A stretch of 20,000 nucleotides of DNA from an uncultured virus (IMG/VR IMGVR_UViG_3300045257_000098). Lineage: Duplodnaviria; Heunggongvirae; Uroviricota; Caudoviricetes. A program made the position numbers and the translations under genes. A model generated the notes under the pieces. That model ran no database searches and was not told where the DNA came from. It was given only the letters and a program-made list of their open reading frames with translations. The stretch is from IMG/VR virus record IMGVR_UViG_3300045257_000098. The stretch is one strand, 5' to 3'. Of this stretch, positions 8,260-15,829 are shown piece by piece (position 1 is the first letter of the stretch; every line of letters starts with the position of its first letter).

Positions 8260-8901
8260 TTACTTCCTCCTTCCCTTGCGTGCCAGCGATCCCAGTACTA
8301 GTAGCACGCCACCCAATAGTGATATAGAGGCTGGTTCTGGCACTGAGTCAAGTGCCGCATCGAAGCTGGCTGTACCCGCATTACGATTTCCCAGGTCGAT
8401 GAATGCGCCGATGGTTACCGAATCATCCCCAGAGCCAACCGCTCCGCTCGTAGCGCCGCTGAAGGCCGTGGTGTTGAATGTGAGCTCAGTTCCGATAGGT
8501 TTGGACATGTCGAACTTACCATTGCCCGTCCATGCACCGAATCCCAAGGTTTTTGATCCGGTGGACGATGCCGTTCCGCCGACATCAAAAACGAAACCTG
8601 CTGGCAGTGTGAGCCCGTCATCGCTAAAGAACATGAGCAGTGGGCCGGTCTGCGATTTGGTGGAATCTACCGATACCAGATCAAAGAATGGCAGATCGCC
8701 TTCGAGACCCGTAGTGACGTTGATATCCCAGCCGCCTACTGCCCCAATGTAAGTGACGACACCGGCCGTTGGATAAGAGTCCAGGCCAGAGCCATCGAGA
8801 ATATTGACCGTTGTTGTGCCGCTGATCAGTTCCAGTTCAGCGGTAGCAAAAAGCGACGGCACCGAGGCCGCCAGCATTACCGTTAGCGCGATGTGTTTCA
8901 T
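8260..8901 (-). CDS. PEP-CTERM sorting domain protein (exosortase substrate)
   Basis: Signal peptide MKHIALTVMLAASVPSLFA; Gly/Ser/Thr-rich beta body; C-terminus VPEPASISLLGGVLLVLGSLARKGRRK (PEP + TM helix + basic tail). Confidence 0.93.
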   Translation of the reverse strand: MKHIALTVMLAASVPSLFATAELELISGTTTVNILDGSGLDSYPTAGVVTYIGAVGGWDINVTTGLEGDLPFFDLVSVDSTKSQTGPLLMFFSDDGLTLPAGFVFDVGGTASSTGSKTLGFGAWTGNGKFDMSKPIGTELTFNTTAFSGATSGAVGSGDDSVTIGAFIDLGNRNAGTASFDAALDSVPEPASISLLGGVLLVLGSLARKGRRK

Positions 8902-9043
8902 ATTGACTAACCCCAATGAGCCACCGAAAACTTCCACAATACGTGGAAGAACCCATCAAACATGTCAACGTGAGAGAGGAGTTTCGATGGCTCATTCGGG
9001 AGGGGCATACGTTACCAGGCCTGCCCCTACCGAACTCTGTGCC

Positions 9044-9253
9044 TTATGGCTGTGCCGTCTTAAGTATCTCTGGTTTGCCATCCTCCTTTCGTGAACGTGT
9101 CTTTCTCTGCCGCACCGGCATCGTCTGCGGGAACTCGATGTCGAACGTCAGCGCCATCAACTCTAGCATCAGCGTGCGCCTGTCGCTGGGCTTCATCTCG
9201 CGATAGAGGCCAACGACGAAGTTTAGGGTCGGATTGCTCTTTGGTCTCGGCAT
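9044..9253 (-). CDS. Small basic hypothetical protein
   Basis: GGAG SD; MPRPK start; followed by a 7-bp hairpin 9001-9007/9022-9028. Confidence 0.6.
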   Translation of the reverse strand: MPRPKSNPTLNFVVGLYREMKPSDRRTLMLELMALTFDIEFPQTMPVRQRKTRSRKEDGKPEILKTAQP

Positions 9254-9266
9254 GGTTTGCTCCGTA

Positions 9267-10361
9267 TTATGCTCCTGTCTCTACTTTGGAAGAGGTAACA
9301 AACGCGTCGAAGGCATCCGAGCCTTTTTTGTACGAAATCTCCGCGTCTATCGCGGATGCCATAGTGCGATAACATTCCCTCGCCGGCTTTGCTGACTTAA
9401 TCTCATTGGAATGCTCCGCTCCGAAATTGCCTAAAACTTTGTAGTAGATGGCATCTCCCTTTTCTTTTCCCAGCGACTCGCAGGCGAATTGATGTAGCTT
9501 TTGAAACTCGCTAATTGACTTGCACATGTTGAACGGCGGCTTTGGGTCAGGCGGTGGAACGATTGTAGGCTTCGGTGGATCGCGTCGCTCATCGCGCGAG
9601 GAAACATCCTCGTACTGAGCACCGGCCTTCATGGCTGCTAATTTCTCTTCGGCCACATCATTAGCCGCAGCCTGCGATCCGCGCACCTCGTCTTCCAAAT
9701 CCTGGGTAAAAAACTCGGAGGCGTTGACACCGATCAGCACAGCTGCGATGAGCGCGCGCTTTTGCCCCATCTTCTGGATGGTGTTGACGGTATCGGCTAC
9801 ATCCGGGTTTGGTGTTTTTCCTACCTGCTGGCTCTCAATGGATGTGTCGCCATCGGGGAACTTCGTTCCGCAGCCGCCTTTTTTCTTGAAGCACACCCAG
9901 CCGCCGCCGTACTCTTCACGTCCCTTAATGATCGTTGGTTTTTCGCACGAGGGACACACCCGCTCTGTCGTGCGGTAGCGATATTTGTTCTCCCATGAAT
10001 TGCAGGAGCCCTCGCCGTCACCGATCACTTTTCCGTTTCGCGTCAGGCGGCACTTGTACTTAACGTAAAAAAATGGTTCCCCATTGTGGCGCTCTCCGGT
10101 CCAGTCGTTGACCTCTTCGATGGTGACGAACTCGGGACTGAATCCAAAGAATGAGCATAGCCGCTCTGCCCCAGGCTTCAGCAGTACCTGTTTCTTCGTT
10201 CCGGGGATAACGCCGTAATCGGTATCAGGCACCATGATCTGTTTAACGAACTGTACGATGGCGTTGCGGCGCTGGATAGCGTTGTCGATGGAAAACACGG
10301 GCATCCAGTCATCCGACTCGCGACGTGCAATCTCGGCGTTTATCGGTATTAGTTCGTTCAC
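9267..10361 (-). CDS. Putative phage ssDNA-annealing protein/recombinase with inserted Zn ribbon
   Basis: DYGVIPGT.K..L.KPGAE.L...FG, GEGSCNSWE.KY, CPSC...C..KKGGC insert, NT..KM.QKRA...AV....ASEFFTQDLED. Assignment to the Rad52/ERF/Redbeta-like annealase class is inference from motifs and position. Confidence 0.65.
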   Translation of the reverse strand: MNELIPINAEIARRESDDWMPVFSIDNAIQRRNAIVQFVKQIMVPDTDYGVIPGTKKQVLLKPGAERLCSFFGFSPEFVTIEEVNDWTGERHNGEPFFYVKYKCRLTRNGKVIGDGEGSCNSWENKYRYRTTERVCPSCEKPTIIKGREEYGGGWVCFKKKGGCGTKFPDGDTSIESQQVGKTPNPDVADTVNTIQKMGQKRALIAAVLIGVNASEFFTQDLEDEVRGSQAAANDVAEEKLAAMKAGAQYEDVSSRDERRDPPKPTIVPPPDPKPPFNMCKSISEFQKLHQFACESLGKEKGDAIYYKVLGNFGAEHSNEIKSAKPARECYRTMASAIDAEISYKKGSDAFDAFVTSSKVETGA

Positions 10362-10453
10362 TGATCACCTCTCTTTGCCGCCGCCATCAGAGCAGCCGTG
10401 AAAAATCCGATACAGGCCACAACGAAGTGCGTCACCACCAGCAGTTCGATCAT
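10358..10453 (-). CDS. Small single-TM peptide
   Basis: GGAGG SD; MIELLVVTHFVVACIGFFTAALMAAAKRGDQ; overlap-coupled on both sides. Confidence 0.6.
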   Translation of the reverse strand: MIELLVVTHFVVACIGFFTAALMAAAKRGDQ

Positions 10454-10620
10454 TTGGCCTCCGAAATCTTGAACCACTTGCGTAGCGCCAGTTGAAACAC
10501 GTCCGATTTGCCGATGGATCGGTCGGCCGCATCGTGCTCTACCATGCGGTTCATCCAACGCGGGATGCGCACCGAGGTCGTCATCACTTCGTTGTCCTGT
10601 TTCGCCTTGTCATCAGGCAT
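10450..10620 (-). CDS. Ribbon-helix-helix (CopG/Arc-like) DNA-binding protein, absent from the ORF track
   Basis: Hand-translated MPDDKAKQDNEVMTTSVRIPRWMNRMVEHDAADRSIGKSDVFQLALRKWFKISEAK (56 aa); GGAGGT SD; strand TTSVRIP followed by two helices. Confidence 0.7.
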   Translation of the reverse strand: MPDDKAKQDNEVMTTSVRIPRWMNRMVEHDAADRSIGKSDVFQLALRKWFKISEAK

Positions 10621-11149
10621 TTATTTTTACCTCCACCTGACCATGCTTTTGTTGCATCTCCCACGCGCAAGATCCGCAAAGCCATCCCGAACCGCCATGC
10701 ATACAAATAACCGGCAGCGTTTCCAGTGTCAAGGTCGGATATTGCGGATTGAATTTCTCAACGAGCACGGCGCCATAGGCGTTCGGCTGTCCGTCTCGCC
10801 CTGTATATACTTCATTCAGTTCTGATCGAAAACGGTTCTGCTGGCTGAATATCCAGCGCTCGGATAACTTGACGGGCTTTGGCTTCGGCTGCCATCCTGG
10901 GGGAGCTAACTCATCGCGGAAAAGAGGAAAATCCTCGCCATACATCTCGCGCAATTCGTAGCCTTGATAACGGGATTCGTTCCATTTCGGGCGTAGTCGA
11001 AAGGGCAGGTACCGGGCATCACTTCCCGGAGGATGATCCGCAAAGCAAGGGCAAAGATTTCCGCAGCAGGAGCAGTAGCCGGCCCATTCCAGTTCATGCT
11101 TTTCGCCTTCGCTTGGTTCCCTATCCCAGAATTTCCAGAGAAATCTCAT
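10613..11149 (-). CDS. Hypothetical Cys-containing protein, first long gene of its operon
   Basis: 178-aa ORF with CSCCG..CPC and C.H....LC.SC clusters, downstream of a strong promoter. Confidence 0.65.
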   Translation of the reverse strand: MRFLWKFWDREPSEGEKHELEWAGYCSCCGNLCPCFADHPPGSDARYLPFRLRPKWNESRYQGYELREMYGEDFPLFRDELAPPGWQPKPKPVKLSERWIFSQQNRFRSELNEVYTGRDGQPNAYGAVLVEKFNPQYPTLTLETLPVICMHGGSGWLCGSCAWEMQQKHGQVEVKINA

Positions 11150-11175
11150 TTGTTGGCCTCGGATGTCATGTCAGC

Positions 11176-11204
11176 ACTATAAAGCAACATTTACTCCATT
11201 GCAA
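11176..11204 (-). promoter_or_regulatory. Sigma70-like promoter
   Basis: Minus strand TTGCAA-N17-TATAGT in an AT-rich gap. Confidence 0.75.
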
Positions 11205-11241
11205 ATCTTTCGCATGAACAGATTCAAGCATTTGCAAAATA

Positions 11242-11409
11242 TTATCGCTTGGGCTCACGATCCAGGTACGCTTTCCACGCCCGATCCCAGATGATCTTGC
11301 GAGATTCCTCATCGAGCCGCGCGACTCCGTAGTACATCCGTACGGATGGAGTTGAGTAGAATATGAACTCGACGTAATCCCACCACCAGTGCCTCAGCTT
11401 GAACCTCAC
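11242..11409 (-). CDS. Small hypothetical protein, absent from the ORF track
   Basis: GAGAGG SD + GTG; MRFKLRHWWWDYVEFIFYSTPSVRMYYGVARLDEESRKIIWDRAWKAYLDREPKR (55 aa). Confidence 0.45.
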   Translation of the reverse strand: MRFKLRHWWWDYVEFIFYSTPSVRMYYGVARLDEESRKIIWDRAWKAYLDREPKR

Positions 11410-11410
11410 C

Positions 11411-11439
11411 TTGCAATCCTCTCAGCCTCAAGATACGCT
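11411..11439 (+). promoter_or_regulatory. Sigma70-like promoter for the lone plus-strand gene (leaderless geometry)
   Basis: TTGCAA-N17-TACGCT-N6-ATG(11446). Confidence 0.6.
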
Positions 11440-11445
11440 TTGTCC

Positions 11446-11820
11446 ATGGACCCCATTGCCCAGCACGTCATCGACGTAAAGCAGTCTGCCGATGCCATCG
11501 CCCAGTGCGAAAAGATCAAAAACTATAGCATCGGGCGGCTGTCCATGCTCGAAGCTATTGCCCTGCTGTTGCAGGCCCAGGCACCTGGTCCCGGGCAGCA
11601 GGCCAACCAACTCAACGACTTGGACACGATGCGGGTACAGGAGGCCAACGCCCAGCGCGACGCATTCGGCTACGAGGGCACGGTTAAGGGTTGGATTGCC
11701 TACATCCAGACGCTGCGGGCCATCGAAGCACGTACCCCTGGCACGATCAGCGCTGACCGCCTCACGTTCCCCGACATGCCGCCTAGTCTCAAGGCCTACG
11801 CCGACGCAAACGCGCTGTAG
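11446..11820 (+). CDS. Hypothetical helical protein, moron-like (opposite orientation to its neighbours)
   Basis: 124-aa ORF MDPIAQHV... with its own promoter; converges on 11832-12125. Confidence 0.7.
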   Translation: MDPIAQHVIDVKQSADAIAQCEKIKNYSIGRLSMLEAIALLLQAQAPGPGQQANQLNDLDTMRVQEANAQRDAFGYEGTVKGWIAYIQTLRAIEARTPGTISADRLTFPDMPPSLKAYADANAL

Positions 11821-11831
11821 GGCCTGCGAAT

Positions 11832-12125
11832 TCACTCGCTACCAGCTTTGGGTATCGGCATATTATCCGGCAAGGTCTTCCAGACTTCTCTTCCGTGGGC
11901 CGCCCATGCACCTTCGCGTGTTTCCGGGTAAACCTGCCCCACGGAACGCCAGAACTGGCTGCGCGCATAGGCGATTTGTTTGCAATACTCAGCCACAGCT
12001 TCCGCTGAGGGTCTTGTATGGAACCATCCTGGCCTGATGAAATCCTTGAGCGAGTCCTGCAAGAGGGTCAAATAGTTCAATCGCTCTTGATCATCCTCGG
12101 TGAGTCTTAACTTTTCAGTTTTCAT
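11832..12125 (-). CDS. Hypothetical protein
   Basis: AAGGGAG SD; 97-aa ORF. Confidence 0.65.
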   Translation of the reverse strand: MKTEKLRLTEDDQERLNYLTLLQDSLKDFIRPGWFHTRPSAEAVAEYCKQIAYARSQFWRSVGQVYPETREGAWAAHGREVWKTLPDNMPIPKAGSE

Positions 12126-12278
12126 TTTCTCCCTTTTGCAAATCTATCCTGCGAGACAATTCCTCCCTGAGCTTCCTGCGCCGCCCAATAGAAGCAGGCG
12201 GGCTGATGTATAATCTGCGTTTTAATTCTTGGGGGGCCATGCTCCGTAGCCATTTTTTAGTCCAACTGATCACGTGTT

Positions 12279-12563
12279 CTATAGTCCTCGGGAAAGCCTA
12301 CTCTCGCATTTTTCTACTCTCTTGTAATCCTGATCTAGTTGTTCCTGAACGGACTTCAGGGCGAGTTTGAATCCCCGGTCTAGGTCCAGACTAGTCGTCA
12401 GTGAACCGTTCTTCACCCGATAGGCATCCAGGCCTTCTCCGGATGGTAAATTGACCGAGATCCAATAATCGTAGTGGTTAAACCGGGGCGAGGAACGGAG
12501 TTTCATGTCGTCCCAAACAATTGCGCTCATCATAGCTATGAGCAGCCAAATCAACGCGCGCAT
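12279..12563 (-). CDS. Membrane-anchored/exported hypothetical protein
   Basis: MRALIWLLIAMMSAIVW hydrophobic N-terminus; overlaps the end of the PEP-CTERM gene. Confidence 0.6.
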   Translation of the reverse strand: MRALIWLLIAMMSAIVWDDMKLRSSPRFNHYDYWISVNLPSGEGLDAYRVKNGSLTTSLDLDRGFKLALKSVQEQLDQDYKRVEKCESRLSRGL

Positions 12564-13162
12564 TTGCGCCCCCAGCCAGCCAGCCCCAGCAGTACCGCGC
12601 CAAGTAGCCAGATCGTAGCTGGTTCCGGCACGGGGTCGGGCCGTATTGTGGCAAATCGGGCAGGTCCAGCAGCCGTCAGGTTCCAACGCACATCATCCAG
12701 CCGTATCGAATGGTCGAACAACTCCTCAAAATCCCACGTGGCCGTCCCGGAGCCGCTACCTGCGAACGTAAAATCAATCAGCCCATCAGGCGTGGACCCG
12801 CCTCCTGATGCGTCCCAGGTCACCGGAACGGTCAAGGAACGGGTTTTATGTGGTGTCTTAGGCGCGGCGCCAGAAACGTTAATAAACCCGAACATGCTCA
12901 GGCCATCGGGATTGTTGAACGTGCTCGATTCTGCGAATGGCGAAAGCAGCCAGCTAAAATCCAGCCCGAACGTGGCTGGGGATGGGCCACAGCCGCCATC
13001 GGTACCGCCGCCTGCGGTCAGGTCATTGGCATAGACTATAGTCGAGCTCCAATCGCTCAGGTTGGAGCAGGCGAGGCCGGCGCCGGTGAGGGTGAATGAA
13101 TCGGCTTGGAGCAGGGGCACGAATGCCGCTGATAATACGAATTGCGCGACTCTGCTGTTCAT
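12551..13162 (-). CDS. PEP-CTERM sorting domain protein (exosortase substrate)
   Basis: Signal peptide MNSRVAQFVLSAAFVPLLQA-DSF; C-terminus PVPEPATIWLLGAVLLGLAGWGRKCAR; ATGA-coupled to the upstream gene. Confidence 0.92.
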   Translation of the reverse strand: MNSRVAQFVLSAAFVPLLQADSFTLTGAGLACSNLSDWSSTIVYANDLTAGGGTDGGCGPSPATFGLDFSWLLSPFAESSTFNNPDGLSMFGFINVSGAAPKTPHKTRSLTVPVTWDASGGGSTPDGLIDFTFAGSGSGTATWDFEELFDHSIRLDDVRWNLTAAGPARFATIRPDPVPEPATIWLLGAVLLGLAGWGRKCAR

Positions 13163-13410
13163 TTTGGTAGTCCTGTTTCGATTCTGTAATTGCCTATGAG
13201 GGCACAGAATCTCCATTTGCCTTTGGCATCCGCAATGAAAGGATTTGAAAGATAACTCGCCAAGAAGTTGTTTTCATTCCAGATCGTTGCCAGTTTTTGC
13301 TCCTGGTAGACCGTAACAATGCAGGTTTTGGAGGGGCAAGAGCTTTCCACGCAGAAATGAGAAGGTTGCTTTACCATTAGGAACGCCAATAAAGCTGCAA
13401 GTGTGTTCAC
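13159..13410 (-). CDS. Small protein resembling a tail-fibre/tailspike N-terminal attachment domain, with a hydrophobic N-terminus
   Basis: VTVY....LATIW.......SNPFIADAKG.W.F.A..G.Y pattern; GAGGAG SD, GTGA overlap. Confidence 0.5.
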   Translation of the reverse strand: MNTLAALLAFLMVKQPSHFCVESSCPSKTCIVTVYQEQKLATIWNENNFLASYLSNPFIADAKGKWRFCALIGNYRIETGLPK

Positions 13411-13673
13411 AGTTCCTCCTCATCGCCACAGGTTAGTGTGTCGGGTATGGGTTTGGTTGCGCCTTTCGTTTTGGCCAAGTACTCATAGGCTTCTTTTAGT
13501 GCCTCATCGGTCCACTTTTTGAGCGGCATCTGCGGCGCATTGGTCCACACATTTTTAGGCCGCGCTTCGCACGCTGCTAGATGCACCCGTAACTGTGAGG
13601 TGGTCATGGGCTCGTGGCACCAGCCGCAGGGGATGAGCGGGCCAGGCGGCCGGCCGCTAGGTTTTGCTGGCAT
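13407..13673 (-). CDS. C2HC zinc-finger protein
   Basis: GRPP followed by CGWC-x11-H-x3-C; GGAGG SD. Confidence 0.65.
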   Translation of the reverse strand: MPAKPSGRPPGPLIPCGWCHEPMTTSQLRVHLAACEARPKNVWTNAPQMPLKKWTDEALKEAYEYLAKTKGATKPIPDTLTCGDEEEL

Positions 13674-13845
13674 TTTTGGCCTCCAGTTCTATTTCTTCAG
13701 CGATCTTGCGCGCGATGTTGGCATACACGCGTAGTTCTTTCGGGTATACGCGAACATCGTCATAGCCTTCACTTTGGGATGCGCGAAGCTCCAAGGAATC
13801 TGCCAAGGCGTGCAACTTGCGGATGTTCTCGCGGATGCCGTTCAC
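13657..13845 (-). CDS. Hypothetical protein
   Basis: Coupled to both neighbours. Confidence 0.6.
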   Translation of the reverse strand: MNGIRENIRKLHALADSLELRASQSEGYDDVRVYPKELRVYANIARKIAEEIELEAKNASKT

Positions 13846-13991
13846 AGGCGAGCCCGTTTCAGTGCCGCCAGAAACCGGCGCCGCTCGCGCCAGCCATCGA
13901 GAGCGGTATAGCTGCCCAGCAGGATTACGAATATGGCCGCCCAGAGCATTAGAAGCGTGAGGGCCAGGGCTATCGACATGTCGTTATGCAT
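13842..13991 (-). CDS. Small single-TM membrane protein, absent from the ORF track
   Basis: GAGG SD; MHNDMSIALALTLLMLWAAIFVILLGSYTALDGWRERRRFLAALKRARL (49 aa); GTGA overlap. Confidence 0.6.
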   Translation of the reverse strand: MHNDMSIALALTLLMLWAAIFVILLGSYTALDGWRERRRFLAALKRARL

Positions 13992-14025
13992 TTTGATATC
14001 CTCGTTTCATTGGTTGACTGTGAAT

Positions 14026-14120
14026 CCCAGGGCCATCCCGCCAGATACCGTCTGGAGTGTTCAGGGATGGCCTTGGGCCGTCCGGTGTCCCATCGCCAGA
14101 GCATGATGGGCTAACCGGAC
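14026..14120. other. Tandem long stem-loops in an intergenic gap
   Basis: 14-bp stem 14026-14039/14064-14077 with inner 14041-14045/14051-14055; second stem 14080-14086/14114-14120 with inner 14089-14094/14105-14110. Confidence 0.6.
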
Positions 14121-14284
14121 GAAACTTGTTCCTCCGAGGGCCACAGCCGCTCAAATTCTAGGGCCGCCGCGATGTAATCCTCCAGGCTCCATACTGAGCG
14201 CTTGCCCGCGCGCATGGAGCGATCTCCGGCATCGGTAGCAGCAGCGTGGGCGATTTCACGGGTGATGGGCATTTGGAGGGTCAT
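14111..14284 (-). CDS. Conserved-looking small phage early protein
   Basis: T.EIA.AAA.DAG.RSMR..KR..WS.EDY..A...F.RLWP; ATGA overlap. Confidence 0.7.
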   Translation of the reverse strand: MTLQMPITREIAHAAATDAGDRSMRAGKRSVWSLEDYIAAALEFERLWPSEEQVSSG

Positions 14285-14580
14285 GAGGATGCCCACCCAA
14301 AGAACAAATAGGTTTTCGGCTCATTCTCAATCTTTATGCAGCCCGCTGGTCCCCATTTGTCCGTTACGCGCTCGTCGTTTGCATCAAGTAAGTCCTCGGC
14401 CATTGATTCGGCTGATTTGGCATCCGGTGCCGATCCGATGAGGACAAAGGTTTGCTTTTCGGCAATGGATCCGGTGTAACCAGCGTGGCCGAAATCATAT
14501 TGCGCCTGCTTAACTGCCGACGCAAACGCCAGCTTCGATGTTTCGCCGATAGCCTTGGCGGTAAATTGTTCAGCGCCCAT
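14281..14580 (-). CDS. Conserved-looking phage early protein
   Basis: MGA..F...AF..AV.QA.YD.GH.GYTG.IAEK...DKWGPAGCI...YLFFGWASS; GAGGAG SD. Confidence 0.8.
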   Translation of the reverse strand: MGAEQFTAKAIGETSKLAFASAVKQAQYDFGHAGYTGSIAEKQTFVLIGSAPDAKSAESMAEDLLDANDERVTDKWGPAGCIKIENEPKTYLFFGWASS

Positions 14581-14923
14581 CTTCGTTCTCCTCTCCGATC
14601 CTGTTCTGATACTCGCTATCTCCTAGGTCCATGCGCGTGGTGCAGTCGTCGCAAAAGCGCTCACCGTGGGGGATGGGTGCGCCGCAGTCGCGGCAGTAGC
14701 TATTCTCTTTCACCTGAGATGCCGCTACTGCATGGGCGCAATCATAGGCACGGAAAGGTCTGGAGGTTTCCAGTGCCCTGTTGCGTAACGCAATCCACGC
14801 AGAAGATTTATCCAGGCCATCGTACTGCTCAAATACTTCGGCGGCCGTCTCGCGTTCATGTGGGCTCAGTGGGCTATTCTCCACGTGGGAGAAGGGGTTT
14901 ACGAGGTGCCAATTAGCTCTCAT
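14570..14923 (-). CDS. Hypothetical protein with C-terminal zinc ribbon
   Basis: YCRDCGAPI....RFCDDC. Confidence 0.7.
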   Translation of the reverse strand: MRANWHLVNPFSHVENSPLSPHERETAAEVFEQYDGLDKSSAWIALRNRALETSRPFRAYDCAHAVAASQVKENSYCRDCGAPIPHGERFCDDCTTRMDLGDSEYQNRIGEENEDGR

Positions 14924-15119
14924 TTGACCCCCTTAAACGCATTCAGCACGAGAATGGCAACATCAACAGGCAAGCTGCGCAGTTCGATCTGTACGGAGTC
15001 ATCGCCCGTCATGCGAACGCTGCCATAACCACGATCATATCCGCCACTTGCGCGGCATAATACAGCCGATGGTATTCGGCGATCTGTTCGAGTGCTGGGG
15101 TTGCTTGTACGTGTGTCAT
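14920..15119 (-). CDS. Probably two coupled mini-ORFs (15009-15119, 36 aa; 14920-15012, 30 aa)
   Basis: GAAAGGA SD precedes ATG 15119 (MTHVQATPALEQ...), whose TGA overlaps ATG 15012 (MTGDDSVQ...). The single ORF 14920-15132 is an alternative. Confidence 0.4.
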
Positions 15120-15138
15120 GGTGTCCTTTCATTGGGGG

Positions 15139-15381
15139 TTAGACTGCTGTCTGCCTGAACGCTGGACCGTAGGTGGAGCGAATGAACTCCGCCGCACCTT
15201 GCGGGTCGATCTTCGTCAGGTGAGCGCACGTCATGTCATAGGCGTGCATGATATTGGAGTACAGATACCCACGGTCGGTGAGTTCTTCTTCAGCCCGGGC
15301 GGCTGCGTAACCGGATTCGCGTACCAGGATGCGTGCCGACTGCCTTAATGATTCCATTTGCTCACGTTCACTGTGTGTCAT
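15139..15381 (-). CDS. Hypothetical protein, first gene of the early operon (leaderless)
   Basis: TATACT (15388-15393, minus)-N6-ATG 15381; MTHSEREQMESLRQ... Confidence 0.65.
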   Translation of the reverse strand: MTHSEREQMESLRQSARILVRESGYAAARAEEELTDRGYLYSNIMHAYDMTCAHLTKIDPQGAAEFIRSTYGPAFRQTAV

Positions 15382-15428
15382 GAACAGAGTATATGGCAGA
15401 TTTCTGTGAGATAAATCAGAATGCAACG

Positions 15429-15441
15429 TAAGCTATTGACT
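15429..15441 (-). promoter_or_regulatory. IHF-like site (1 mismatch)
   Basis: AGTCAATAGCTTA vs consensus WATCAANNNNTTR; part of a 20-bp near-copy of 15817-15835. Confidence 0.45.
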
Positions 15442-15526
15442 TAACTGGAGATATAATTATTGGAGGAAATGCACGTGCCAGGATACAAACCGCTAAATAT
15501 AGTGCTATCAACGGTTCAGAGATGCG

Positions 15527-15727
15527 CTACTTACCTGAGCTCTTACGACCGCCCTTATGGAATCCTTTGAGCGTTTCAGCCAACCGTGCCCGCTCACCTT
15601 CTTTGCCGCCCTTCTTAGCGGCAGCTACTAGCTTGTCGGACGGGATCTTCTTCCCTTGTGGCACGCCAAGTTCTTTGTGCAACGCGCCCGGCTTCTTTAT
15701 GGCGCCCGCAATCCAGTGATCTGCCAT
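15527..15727 (-). CDS. Small basic phage protein (WI..AIKKPGALH..LGVP.GKKIP type)
   Basis: MADHWIAGAIKKPGALHKELGVPQGKKIPSDKLVAAAKKGGKEGERARLAETLKGFHK...; a motif I recognise from uncultured tailed phages, function unknown. Confidence 0.8.
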   Translation of the reverse strand: MADHWIAGAIKKPGALHKELGVPQGKKIPSDKLVAAAKKGGKEGERARLAETLKGFHKGGRKSSGK

Positions 15728-15798
15728 TATGCGGCCTTGCCTTTCTCTGCTGGCTTCTCTGGCTCTGCCGGTACCAGCTGTGCGCAATCGAGCGATTT
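15650..15798 (+). repeat. 149-bp direct repeat, copy 1
   Basis: Identical base for base to 15940-16088 (CTTCCCTTGTGG...AGCGATTT). Confidence 0.97.
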
Positions 15799-15816
15799 CG
15801 ATCCGAAAGATCCACC

Positions 15817-15829
15817 TAAGCTATTGATT
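15817..15829 (-). promoter_or_regulatory. IHF consensus binding site
   Basis: Minus strand AATCAATAGCTTA is a perfect WATCAANNNNTTR match. Confidence 0.6.

Noticed and set aside
8045..8752. 235-aa plus-strand ORF (likewise 12474-13034, 4337-4933, 11492-12037, 18210-18662)
   Set aside because: Antisense or alternative-frame shadows of better-supported genes; no motifs or SD.
8939..8968. Sigma70 promoter for the first PEP-CTERM gene (TTGACA on the minus strand)
   Set aside because: No acceptable -10 box at 16-18 bp; TATTGT lies 21 bp away.
12122..12274. Possible 39-50 aa minus-strand ORF ending in an ATGA overlap
   Set aside because: Plausible gap filler, but the start is ambiguous and there is no motif, so it is not listed as a feature.
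15436..15457. TTGACT...TATAAT promoter on the plus strand
   Set aside because: Spacer is only 10 bp, and the following 33-codon ORF is unconvincing.
15527..15787. Extended 86-aa start for the small basic protein, and duplicated shadow ORFs at 15615-16139
   Set aside because: By-products of the direct repeat; the better-supported start is MADHW at 15727.
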